Shown one piece after another: positions 38,964 to 47,972 of a stretch of 50,137 nucleotides of DNA. The position numbers and the translations under genes were made by a program. The stretch spans positions 1-50,137 of the forward strand of contig WGCQ01000272.1 of the NCBI GenBank assembly GCA_015493765.1. Reading direction: 5' to 3'. Numbering within the stretch: the stretch's first letter is position 1; each line of letters begins with the position of its first letter. The stretch comes from Deltaproteobacteria bacterium. Its GTDB lineage: Bacteria; Myxococcota_A; UBA9042; DTJE01; S145-11. Below the pieces are notes generated by a model. The model was not told the origin of the DNA and searched no databases. It worked only from the letters and a program-made list of their open reading frames with translations.

Positions 38964-39530
38964 ATGATTGAAATCAGGATCCATGGCAGAGGCGGACAGG
39001 GTGCCGTGGTTGCATCCAAAATTCTTGCTGATGCCGTATTCTCCGAGGGACAGCAGGTCCAGGCCTTCCCGCACTTTGGCGTGGAGCGCAGGGGCGCTCC
39101 GGTGGCTGCGTTCATGCGTATAGACGAGCGTCCGATCCGGTTGCGCAACGAGATATATGAACCGGATCACCTGGTGATACTGGACCCTACACTGACCGGT
39201 AACCCGGCCGTAATGAAGGGCTTGAAGCCCCGCGGTGTGATTCTGATTAACACGGACCTTCCACCGCAACGCTTTGATTTTTCTGGTGATTTTCGTGTTG
39301 CAACCGTGGATGCATCCAGGATTGCGCTGGATCATCAACTGGGCAGCCGTTCCGCGCCCATCGTAAATACGGCCATCCTGGGCGCCCTGGCCAGGGTGAT
39401 CCCGGTGTGTTCCCTGGATTCGATCGTCAAGGCAATATCGGATGGTGTCCCAATCTATCCCGAACGTAATGCGGCCGCGGCCAGGGATGCCTACAAACAG
39501 GTTGTACTGGGATGGCAGGAGGAGGCATGA
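38964..39530 (+). CDS. 2-oxoacid:acceptor oxidoreductase gamma subunit
   Basis: IEIRIHGRGGQG, FGVERRGAPV, PIVNTAILGA. Confidence 0.93.
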   Translation: MIEIRIHGRGGQGAVVASKILADAVFSEGQQVQAFPHFGVERRGAPVAAFMRIDERPIRLRNEIYEPDHLVILDPTLTGNPAVMKGLKPRGVILINTDLPPQRFDFSGDFRVATVDASRIALDHQLGSRSAPIVNTAILGALARVIPVCSLDSIVKAISDGVPIYPERNAAAARDAYKQVVLGWQEEA

Positions 39531-41308
39531 AAATAAAGACAAAGGTGAAAGTTAATCTGGACAAGGTCGAAAAATATCCGTACGCCGCCTTTTCCGTTTA
39601 CGGGGACATGGGCTGGAACAAGACAGGTTCCTGGCGTTACGTGCGTCCGGTGTACGTGGAATCCGTACCGCCTTGCCAGGCGGGTTGTCCCACGGGTGAA
39701 AACGTGGAGGCATGGATCAAACTGCTGGCACAAAAGCGTTACCAGGAGGCTGTGGACCTGATACGCCTGGAAAATCCCTTTCCCGCGATCACGGGCAGGG
39801 TGTGCTTCCACCCTTGCGAAAACCGGTGTAACCGCTCGCACATGGGCGGTGCCGTTTCCATCAACATGCTGGAGCAGTTCCTGGGCGAACAGGGGGTTGA
39901 CCTGCCTCCTGCCGAACCCTTCGGGCTGAAAGGCGGGTTGAACGTGGCGGTGGTTGGGTCAGGACCTGCCGGCCTGGCCGCGGCGTATCACCTGACCAGG
40001 CTGGGACACCAGGTCACCGTGTTCGAGAGGGCGGCAAAGGCCGGTGGCATGATGCGCTACGGGATCCCGTCCTACCGCCTGCCCAGGGCCGTGCTGGACC
40101 ACGAAATTGACAGGCTGAAGGCAATGGGGATACAGGTTCGTACCAGCACGTCCCCTGACATAGAGACCTTGAAACAGGATTTCGACCGCATTGTGCTGTC
40201 CGTTGGTGCCCAGGCCAGCACGAAACTGGGGATCGAAGGCGAAAATATCGAAGGTGTGATGCACGGACTGGATTACCTGCGCCAGGTGAACGGTGGCACA
40301 CTGACCAGCGTGCCCGGGCGGGTTGCGGTAATCGGTGGTGGAAACACGGCCATGGACTGCGCCAGGACCGCGTTGCGCCTGGGTGCCGAGGATGTTACCG
40401 TGTACTACCGCAGGACCAGGGCCCAGATGCCAGCATTTGGCGAGGAGGTCGATGCCGCGGAGGAGGAGGGCGTGAAGTTCATTTTCCTGCGTTCGCCCAT
40501 GGCCTTTGCAAGGGCCGAGGACGGCATCGATATGCAACTCCAGGTGATGAAACTGGGTGTCCCGGGAGAGGATGGAAGGCGCAGGCCAGTACCCGTGGAG
40601 GGACAGTTCGAATCCTTCCAGGCCGACCTGGTGCTGTTGGCAATCGGTGAGAAGGTGGAAACAGACCGCCTGGAGTCATTGGTGGAACTGGAAAAACGCT
40701 CCGTAAAGGTGGATCAATTCCTTCATACCAGCGACCCCAAGGTCTTTGCCGCGGGTGATGTGACCCCCAACCCCAGGACCGTGACCGATGCGCTGGGCAT
40801 GGGCAAACTGGCGGCCGTGGCAATGGATGCCGAATTCAGGGGAATCGACTTGCGGCAGGTGTTCAAGGACACGGTGGTGCCTACCGGACGCACCGTTACC
40901 ATGCAGTACTACCTGCAAATCATCAAGGAACACAAGGCATTGGATCACAAATTGGAGGTCGTGGAGTTCGAACGGTTGAACCCCTATCATTTTACAATCC
41001 AGCCCAGGCCGCACCGTCCACAGGCAAAGGTGGCACAACGCATGCAGGCAGACGAAACCGAGGTGTTCAGCGAGGTCAACCAGACCATCCCCGAGGAACT
41101 GGCCCTGCGGGAGTCGGACCGATGCATGCACTGCGGACGGTGTATCGATTGCGACAACTGCTATATCTACTGTCCGGACGGTGCTATTACGCCGAAGCCG
41201 GGGGGTGGATATACGATAAATCTGGATTATTGCAAGGGATGCGGGGTATGTGTGCATGAGTGCCCCCGCGCGGCGATGGCAATGGTCGAAGAACCCGTGG
41301 AGTTTTGA
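39527..41308 (+). CDS. Delta (ferredoxin) subunit fused with a GltD-like FAD/NAD(P) oxidoreductase
   Basis: KTGSWR..RP delta N-terminus; PCQAGCP, GRVCFHPCE, GSGPAG, GGGNTAMD; C-terminal CIDCDNCYIYCP and CKGCGVCVHECP. Confidence 0.88.
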   Translation: MKIKTKVKVNLDKVEKYPYAAFSVYGDMGWNKTGSWRYVRPVYVESVPPCQAGCPTGENVEAWIKLLAQKRYQEAVDLIRLENPFPAITGRVCFHPCENRCNRSHMGGAVSINMLEQFLGEQGVDLPPAEPFGLKGGLNVAVVGSGPAGLAAAYHLTRLGHQVTVFERAAKAGGMMRYGIPSYRLPRAVLDHEIDRLKAMGIQVRTSTSPDIETLKQDFDRIVLSVGAQASTKLGIEGENIEGVMHGLDYLRQVNGGTLTSVPGRVAVIGGGNTAMDCARTALRLGAEDVTVYYRRTRAQMPAFGEEVDAAEEEGVKFIFLRSPMAFARAEDGIDMQLQVMKLGVPGEDGRRRPVPVEGQFESFQADLVLLAIGEKVETDRLESLVELEKRSVKVDQFLHTSDPKVFAAGDVTPNPRTVTDALGMGKLAAVAMDAEFRGIDLRQVFKDTVVPTGRTVTMQYYLQIIKEHKALDHKLEVVEFERLNPYHFTIQPRPHRPQAKVAQRMQADETEVFSEVNQTIPEELALRESDRCMHCGRCIDCDNCYIYCPDGAITPKPGGGYTINLDYCKGCGVCVHECPRAAMAMVEEPVEF

Positions 41309-41309
41309 T

Positions 41310-42485
41310 ATGGCAGTAAAAAAGGTTTTGATGGGGAACCATGCGGTGTCCCACGGTGTAAAATTGTCCAGGGCAAAGGTGATTTCCGCGTATCCGATCA
41401 CGCCCCAGACGCATATCGTGGAAAAATTATCCGAGATGTGTGCAAACGGCGAACTGGATGCCACGTTTATCAAGGTTGAAAGTGAGCATTCCGCACTGGC
41501 CACGCTGGTAGGTTCGTCCTCGGCCGGGGTCAGGTCGTTTACGGCCACCAGTTCCCAGGGGCTTGCATTGATGCACGAGGTGTTGCACTGGGCCGGGATT
41601 GGTCGCCTGCCGATCGTCATGGCCAACGTGAACCGTGCTATGGCCCCTGGCTGGAACATCTGGACGGAACAAACCGACTCCCTGGCCCAGCGGGATACCA
41701 GTTGGATGCAGTGGTACTGCGAGACCAACCAGGAGGTGCTGGACACGGTGATCCAGGCCTTTAAGGTCGCCGAGCGGACCCATTTCCCCGTGATGATGGT
41801 GTATGATGCGTTCGTGCTGTCCCACACGTATGCCCCGGTTGAGATCCCGGACCAGGAAAAGGTGGACCGTTACCTGCCGCCTTTACAGCCTGGACTGCAC
41901 CTGGACAGTGAAAATCCCATGTCCTTCGGCGCCTTGACCCCGCCGGAAGACTACATGGAACTGCGGTATATTGCGGCCCGTGACATGGCCCGTGCACTGG
42001 ATGTAATCCAGGAGGAGGGCCGGCTGTTCGGCGAGATGTTCGGCCGCACCTACGGCCTGGTGGAGGAGTATCGGACCGAAGGTGCTGACACGGTACTGGT
42101 TACGGCCGGGTCAATGACAGCAACGGCCAGGGAGGCGGTGGATACGCTGCGTGACAAGGGACAGGCCGTGGGCCTGGTCAAACTGCGGGTGTTTCGGCCA
42201 TTTCCGTTTGAGCAGGTACGCGCAGTACTGGGTAAATTCGACCGGATTGCGGTGGTGGACCGTAACGTATCCCCCGGGCTCGGCGGCATATTCGCCGCAG
42301 AGGTGGCAAACGCCTTGGCGGAATTGTCCAACCGTCCCAAGATCTACCGTTTCATTGCAGGTCTGGGTGGCCGGGACATCACGCCTGATACGTTTTTCGA
42401 GATCATGGACTTGACCAGGACACAGGAATACAAGCCCGGCCTTACGTACTGGGTTGGCCTGAAAGGAGGATGGCATGCAGTTTAA
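41310..42485 (+). CDS. 2-oxoacid:acceptor oxidoreductase alpha subunit
   Basis: AYPITPQT, VESEHSA, TATSSQGL, FRPFP, GLGGRD. Confidence 0.95.
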   Translation: MAVKKVLMGNHAVSHGVKLSRAKVISAYPITPQTHIVEKLSEMCANGELDATFIKVESEHSALATLVGSSSAGVRSFTATSSQGLALMHEVLHWAGIGRLPIVMANVNRAMAPGWNIWTEQTDSLAQRDTSWMQWYCETNQEVLDTVIQAFKVAERTHFPVMMVYDAFVLSHTYAPVEIPDQEKVDRYLPPLQPGLHLDSENPMSFGALTPPEDYMELRYIAARDMARALDVIQEEGRLFGEMFGRTYGLVEEYRTEGADTVLVTAGSMTATAREAVDTLRDKGQAVGLVKLRVFRPFPFEQVRAVLGKFDRIAVVDRNVSPGLGGIFAAEVANALAELSNRPKIYRFIAGLGGRDITPDTFFEIMDLTRTQEYKPGLTYWVGLKGGWHAV

Positions 42486-43422
42486 CCTTCGTCGTGAAGA
42501 AATCATGGGTCCCGGGCACCTGGCCTGCCAGGGGTGCGGTGGGTCGTTGTCCATGCGCTTGGCGTTGAAGGTGCTGGGCCCCAAAACATACGTGGTGATG
42601 CCGGCGTGCTGCTGGTCCGTGATCGCAGGACCGTTTCCCTATTCGAATCTGAACGTTCCCTTGCTGCATACCGCATTCGAGACGGCTGCATCAGCGGCCA
42701 GCGGGGTACGTGCAGCGCTGGACATACGCGGTGAAACGGATGCCACGGTGCTGGCGTGGGCAGGTGATGGCGGTACGTTCGATATCGGGTTCCAGGCGCT
42801 CAGCGGTGCTGCCGAAAGGAACGAGAACATCATTTTTACGGTGTACGACAACGAGGCGTACATGAACACGGGGATCCAGCGTTCCTCTGCCACGCCTTAC
42901 GGGGCCTGGACCACGACCACGCCTGTGGACAACCCCAAAAGAGAGCCCAAAAAGGATATCATCCGCATCATGGCGGCACATGGGATTCCCTACGTGGCAA
43001 CCGCGAACGTGGCCTTTCCGGGTGACCTGATGCGCAAGTTCGAAAAGGCCAAAAAGATCAAGGGCACACGTTTCATCCACATCCTGTCGCCGTGCCCTCC
43101 GGGATGGAAGATCGCGTCCGAGCACAGCATAGAGATTGCAAGGCTGGCAACGCTGGCCAATGTGTTCCCACTGGTGGAGGTGGAGGACGGCGAAAAGTGG
43201 ACGTTGAACTATAAGCCTGAATCGCCTGTGCCCGTACGGCAATACATGAGTCGCCAGGGCAGGTTCCGGCACCTGAAGGATGCGGATTACCAGCGTATCC
43301 AGGTGATGGTGGACCGTTACTGGGAAAAGACACTCAAATCATGCGGGGTGAATCCTGATGAACCGTTCGAAAATCCGCAGTGGTTCAATTCTCCTTTTGA
43401 TCGTGGCCGTCCTGTGGATTAG
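42475..43422 (+). CDS. 2-oxoacid:acceptor oxidoreductase beta (TPP-binding) subunit
   Basis: GHLACQGCG, GDGGTFDIG, DNEAYMNTG, SPCPPGW. Confidence 0.95.
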   Translation: MQFNLRREEIMGPGHLACQGCGGSLSMRLALKVLGPKTYVVMPACCWSVIAGPFPYSNLNVPLLHTAFETAASAASGVRAALDIRGETDATVLAWAGDGGTFDIGFQALSGAAERNENIIFTVYDNEAYMNTGIQRSSATPYGAWTTTTPVDNPKREPKKDIIRIMAAHGIPYVATANVAFPGDLMRKFEKAKKIKGTRFIHILSPCPPGWKIASEHSIEIARLATLANVFPLVEVEDGEKWTLNYKPESPVPVRQYMSRQGRFRHLKDADYQRIQVMVDRYWEKTLKSCGVNPDEPFENPQWFNSPFDRGRPVD

Positions 43423-43819
43423 CCCCGGGCTTGGGTGCAAGAAGAAGGCACCTGACCCGGTAAAGACCCTGGATACCTGGTTTAAGGCGGCCGCTGTGTG
43501 CGACAAGCCGCGTATGCGCAAGGTCTTTACACCCAAACTGCTGGCTGTCATGGATCGTATATTCCGGCGAGGGTCCGCATTTTTCGGCTTCGGCCTGAAA
43601 ATCGATGTTATACTGGCCATGTGCAAGGCGTACAAGCATACGAAATGGCACGTGGTATCCAAAAAAATCAATGGTGATACGGCTACCATATCGGCCGTGG
43701 TAAACAAGCAAAATATCCGGTTCCGATTGCGCCTGAAATCCGGGACCTGGCAAATCTATTCCATGAGTTCACCGGTTTACCAGATCGACGAGGGCGGGCT
43801 GCACTCTGTTGTTAAATAG
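43358..43819 (+). CDS. Putative lipoprotein (DUF4878/NTF2-like)
   Basis: LGC lipobox; KINGDTATI…LKSGTWQI pattern. Confidence 0.55.
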   Translation: MNRSKIRSGSILLLIVAVLWISPGLGCKKKAPDPVKTLDTWFKAAAVCDKPRMRKVFTPKLLAVMDRIFRRGSAFFGFGLKIDVILAMCKAYKHTKWHVVSKKINGDTATISAVVNKQNIRFRLRLKSGTWQIYSMSSPVYQIDEGGLHSVVK

Positions 43820-43906
43820 CCGCCAGACGTCCGAATTTAATCAGGTAATTTGGAAAAAAGGGAGAGACTTGCGATTTTTCGAGGAAAGGGCGGCCTGGCT
43901 TGGTAT

Positions 43907-44698
43907 TTAATCGGTATCCAGTGAGTCCTCGTCGGAGGACAGGTCTCTTCCCCTGTTGTGGACAAAGGAAACCCCGTCCTGGAGGGGGCAAACAAAGGCG
44001 TACAGTATGGATACGCCCAAAAGTACGAAAGACGCCTTGGTCCTGACTGCAATCACTACCAGCAGGGTTGCCAGCAAGACCACCAAGGCCCGCTGTGACC
44101 AGCCCCATTTTACATGCTTGAAACTGAGGTACCTGATTCGACTGACCATGAGCAGGCCCAATACAGGCATCAGGATGGCAAGCAGGACCGACACGTCGCC
44201 GGCCGGCAGGCCGAGGTCAGTGGCTACCCACAACATGGTTGCCACCACGGCTGCCCCACCTGGAATAGGCAGTCCCTCGAAGTATTTTGACGGCACGGAT
44301 GCCTTTCCCGCTGTTATGTTGAAACGAGCAAGGCGCATTACACCGCTGGCCATGTAAACAAAAACCCCGATCAGACCGACGGGAACACCACCCCACCACA
44401 CATCGCCCACACCGTACATGTAGGCCACTGCCGCAGGCGCTACGCCAAAGGAAATCGCATCCGCCAGGGAGTCCATCTGTACACCGAAACTGCTTTGTGT
44501 CTTTGTCAGGCGTGCAACCCGGCCATCCATCATATCCGCGATCATGGCGATCACGATTGCAATTGCGGCCCTTTGCATGTCCGCTATATTGCCTGTGGCA
44601 GCCCACAGTATTGCCATCAGTCCCAGAAAGGCACTGGTTAACGTGAACAGGTTTGGAATGATGTATTTGCTTTTACGAAGGTCCATAGATTTCTCCAT
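43907..44698 (-). CDS. pssA: CDP-diacylglycerol--serine O-phosphatidyltransferase
   Basis: IPNLFT, DMMDGRVAR…FGVQMDSLADAISFGVAP, RLARFN, FEGLPIP. Confidence 0.92.
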   Translation of the reverse strand: MEKSMDLRKSKYIIPNLFTLTSAFLGLMAILWAATGNIADMQRAAIAIVIAMIADMMDGRVARLTKTQSSFGVQMDSLADAISFGVAPAAVAYMYGVGDVWWGGVPVGLIGVFVYMASGVMRLARFNITAGKASVPSKYFEGLPIPGGAAVVATMLWVATDLGLPAGDVSVLLAILMPVLGLLMVSRIRYLSFKHVKWGWSQRALVVLLATLLVVIAVRTKASFVLLGVSILYAFVCPLQDGVSFVHNRGRDLSSDEDSLDTD

Positions 44699-44737
44699 TA
44701 CAACCAAATAATTATATAATAAAAGTATGTTTATGGC

Positions 44738-45240
44738 AAATTTAGTCAGGTAATTTGGCCGTGGCCGTTGGCCGAGACCGTTGGCCGAGACCGTGACCGT
44801 TGGCCGTAGTTTCCGGTTACTACGAGGGTTTTCCCCGCAAGGCCCGCAGCAGCCGCAGGCTGCGTCCCGACACCCGTTGGCCGAGGCCCGAGTCCGTGAC
44901 CGTGGCCGTGACCGTTGGCCGAGGCCGAGGCCGTGTGGATCGCGGGCGTCCTCGAGGGTGTGTAAAGTCGTTATATTGCACAATGCGCAATCCGTTTTGT
45001 TTCGTAACACTCTGAATTCACACAACATTTGTAGGGGCGGATTCTAAACCCGCCCTGAATTTGCCATCAAATCAACACCCTCAGGCCGCCTGCACTCCAT
45101 ATCTTCCGTTACCACCGGCAACACTCGGTCACGGTCACGGCCACGGCCAACGGACTCGGCCTCGGTCACGGTCACGGCCACGGGCTTCGTACTACCCAGT
45201 CTAATTCCGGAAGAACCCAAATTAGTCCGGTAATTTGGGA
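44738..45240. repeat. Repeat cluster: MITE C ends, hexamer runs, MITE A (44954-45082, reverse), repeat end 45193-45218
   Basis: Similar to the other clusters in the window. Confidence 0.8.
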
Positions 45241-45629
45241 CAATAGACCCTGATTTCCAGTTTTAACCACTCCCCCTTCCACTCCTTGTTCCTGACTTTT
45301 GCGAAAAGCACCTGTGACTGGTCGAGCATATGTGAGGGTATCTGGTTTTTTTCCCTGGGCAGATAGCCCAGGACGTCACCACCGGCAGATATTACGACTA
45401 CTGCCATGGGGTCGTACTCGTTGTCAGGTTCGCGTTTTAACAGCAGGATATCGTTGGTATGCAGGCCCATGGCCGCATCCGCCAGGTCCCTGTACTGGGT
45501 CCCTGCGACAAGGCAATCCAGGATGTGGATGGTTTTTATCTGTCTTTCCAGCGCATCCTTTATACGCCGGACCTCTTCTCCGGCGGCATCATAATGTGTA
45601 ATCATGACCTGCCCCGATATGTTTGCCAA
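45222..45629 (-). CDS. HIRAN domain protein
   Basis: VAGTQY, LKREPDNEYDPMAVVV, LGYLPR; start uncertain. Confidence 0.85.
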   Translation of the reverse strand: MANISGQVMITHYDAAGEEVRRIKDALERQIKTIHILDCLVAGTQYRDLADAAMGLHTNDILLLKREPDNEYDPMAVVVISAGGDVLGYLPREKNQIPSHMLDQSQVLFAKVRNKEWKGEWLKLEIRVYCPKLPD

Positions 45630-45658
45630 AACTCTGCAATATGCTATATCATTTGTAC

Positions 45659-47863
45659 ATGGTTGTCCAACTAAAGGAATCCAAATGTAACTGGTATCTG
45701 CCGGGTATCCTGGAGTGTCCCGGGTGTACGCCGCTGCACCTGGCCGTGCTCAGGAATGACATGGAGATGGGCCAGATGCTGCTCAGCGCAGGGGCTGACC
45801 CGAATATGCCTGATGCCCGAGGCTGGACCCCCTTGCATTACGTGGGGTTGTACAGGCGTGAGGCGGACATGGCGGCACGCATGGTGGGACACGGGGCGGA
45901 CATGCATATCCGGGGACCTGATGCCATTACACCCATGGACACGATGGACAGTGAAAACCGGCTGGTAATGATGTGGCAATGGTTCACAATGCGGCATTTC
46001 CGCTATCCTTTGGAGGCAGCGGTGCTTCAAGGCGCTGATGCAGTGAAGACACAACTAACCTACCGGCCTGACCGGGCACACCTGAACAGTGCCTTGCTGC
46101 TGGTGCAGAATGAAGGCACATTGGATTTGCTGCTGAAGGCAGGGGCTGACCCCAAGGCCAGGGACCCGTTTGGCAGGACGCCCCTTTTTTTCGTGAATAA
46201 TTCGGATATCGTAGGGCCTTTGGTTGCTGCGGGCGTAGATATAAACGCCAGGGACCACCTGGGCCGGACCGCCTTGCACACGGCCTGTTCCGGCTGCAAA
46301 TACGAACTCCTGAAACACGGGGCCGACCCGTGGATCAAGGACAAGTTCGGCCGTAACGGCCTGGAGACCATGTATAACTGGACCATGGGCGATATTTTCG
46401 GTTACATACGCAAATTGCCGGCCAAGGGACGGCGGACGATCGTGCTGAATGCGGATTTTCCCCCCCGATTCAAATGTAAACTTACGCTGAAGGTCCATCA
46501 TTTACCCGGTAGAGGTAAAGGCGACGGGGGTATTATTTACACGGCTCCGCCCCGTTACGAGGACCCCTGCACCGGCAGGGGCATGATTTTGGGTCCACTG
46601 CTCGAACCCAAACCGGTCACCCCATTCGTGGAGCAACTGATTAGACAGGGCGAGGTCAACACGCTGAACCGGTTGGCAAAATACGGGGCCAGGTTCGACA
46701 CGATGCCCGGTGTGCTTGAAATGGCGAAAAAACGCCTGCCATCGGCCTTGCCCATATTCGAAAAGGCGGCGGGGCTGTGGAAAAGACGGTTGTGCCGACA
46801 CCTTTCATGGGAGTGGTACGAGGATGACTATGAATCCTCGTGGCGTATCGCGTGTACGAAACTGGACGCTCACCTGAATTCCTTTCCGGGGTTCCCCAAT
46901 GACTCCGTCCGACTGGTGTTCGCCATGCTGAACAGCCGGGACAACGGGCTGGCAACCCGCATAATAAACGCGGGCCTGGCGTTTCCACTATGCGCCCCCA
47001 CCCCCGAAAACAGTGCACGTGGGGATACCCTGCTGTTCGAGGCGGCCGGCATGCTGGCCGTAACGCCTGTGCTTGCCATGTTGAGGGTGCTGGAGGCGCA
47101 TGGCCTCGGCCCGTACGTCATGTCCCCTGTTTCCAACAGCAAAGTCAACGTGTTGGACGTGCTGGTGGGCACGCTGAAGAGGCTGGTGGAGGACCCGCAA
47201 CGCAACCGCAAGGGCATAAACCGCGCAAAGAAATTGATAAAGGCCGTTCAGCACCTTGCCGACAAAACGGGCTGTCCCGTGACATGGTCGCATGATTACG
47301 AAATGAAATCCGGCTCGTTTGCCGGGATTTCCATAGAGGTTTTGCAGGAACTTGCCGATGCCGGTTTCAACCTTTCGGCCAGGGACATTTACGGGCACAC
47401 CCTGCTGTTTATGCCGCTGTCAGGCCCTGTAATCCGCTGGCTGATACGGCATGGCGTGGACCCGAACCAGCCCGACAACGACGGTCGAACCCCCTTGTTT
47501 CATCACTACAAGATCGAACGACTCGAGGCCCTGCTGGCCATGGGCGCTGACCCTACTCTCAAGAGCGAAACGGCAGACGATGCGGTATTATCACACGGAA
47601 AGTATTACAGTGCCGTTGTCCTGGCCAGGGCCCAGGCAAAGTGGACGAACAATTGGGGTGCCGGGTCGCCCAACGCGTTATTTGATGCCAGGACAGCATG
47701 GGACGTTGAGCAGGCCGTAAAGGCCGGTGCCCTGCTTGACCTTGCCGGGGCGCATGGCATCACCCCCCTGCACCTGGCCGTTTACAAAAAGGCGAAGGAC
47801 GTGGTCACAGCCCTGATTGATCACGGGGTTAAACTGGATCCCAAACTGGCGGATAACGCATGA
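45659..47863 (+). CDS. Ankyrin repeat protein with an uncharacterised central region
   Basis: Multiple TPLH/GRTPLF/GADPN repeats at both ends; start uncertain. Confidence 0.8.
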   Translation: MVVQLKESKCNWYLPGILECPGCTPLHLAVLRNDMEMGQMLLSAGADPNMPDARGWTPLHYVGLYRREADMAARMVGHGADMHIRGPDAITPMDTMDSENRLVMMWQWFTMRHFRYPLEAAVLQGADAVKTQLTYRPDRAHLNSALLLVQNEGTLDLLLKAGADPKARDPFGRTPLFFVNNSDIVGPLVAAGVDINARDHLGRTALHTACSGCKYELLKHGADPWIKDKFGRNGLETMYNWTMGDIFGYIRKLPAKGRRTIVLNADFPPRFKCKLTLKVHHLPGRGKGDGGIIYTAPPRYEDPCTGRGMILGPLLEPKPVTPFVEQLIRQGEVNTLNRLAKYGARFDTMPGVLEMAKKRLPSALPIFEKAAGLWKRRLCRHLSWEWYEDDYESSWRIACTKLDAHLNSFPGFPNDSVRLVFAMLNSRDNGLATRIINAGLAFPLCAPTPENSARGDTLLFEAAGMLAVTPVLAMLRVLEAHGLGPYVMSPVSNSKVNVLDVLVGTLKRLVEDPQRNRKGINRAKKLIKAVQHLADKTGCPVTWSHDYEMKSGSFAGISIEVLQELADAGFNLSARDIYGHTLLFMPLSGPVIRWLIRHGVDPNQPDNDGRTPLFHHYKIERLEALLAMGADPTLKSETADDAVLSHGKYYSAVVLARAQAKWTNNWGAGSPNALFDARTAWDVEQAVKAGALLDLAGAHGITPLHLAVYKKAKDVVTALIDHGVKLDPKLADNA

Positions 47864-47972
47864 TTTACCATTGATTTTCGGGTCTTCCGGAATTAGCCTG
47901 GGTAATGGATCGGAATTTAAGTTTGATATGCGATGCATATCGGCTGATAGGGCAATCCCTGCGCCTCGGCAC

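Noticed and set aside
44699-45028. N-terminal extension of PssA
   Set aside because: Translates repeat DNA; PssA similarity begins at about 44698.
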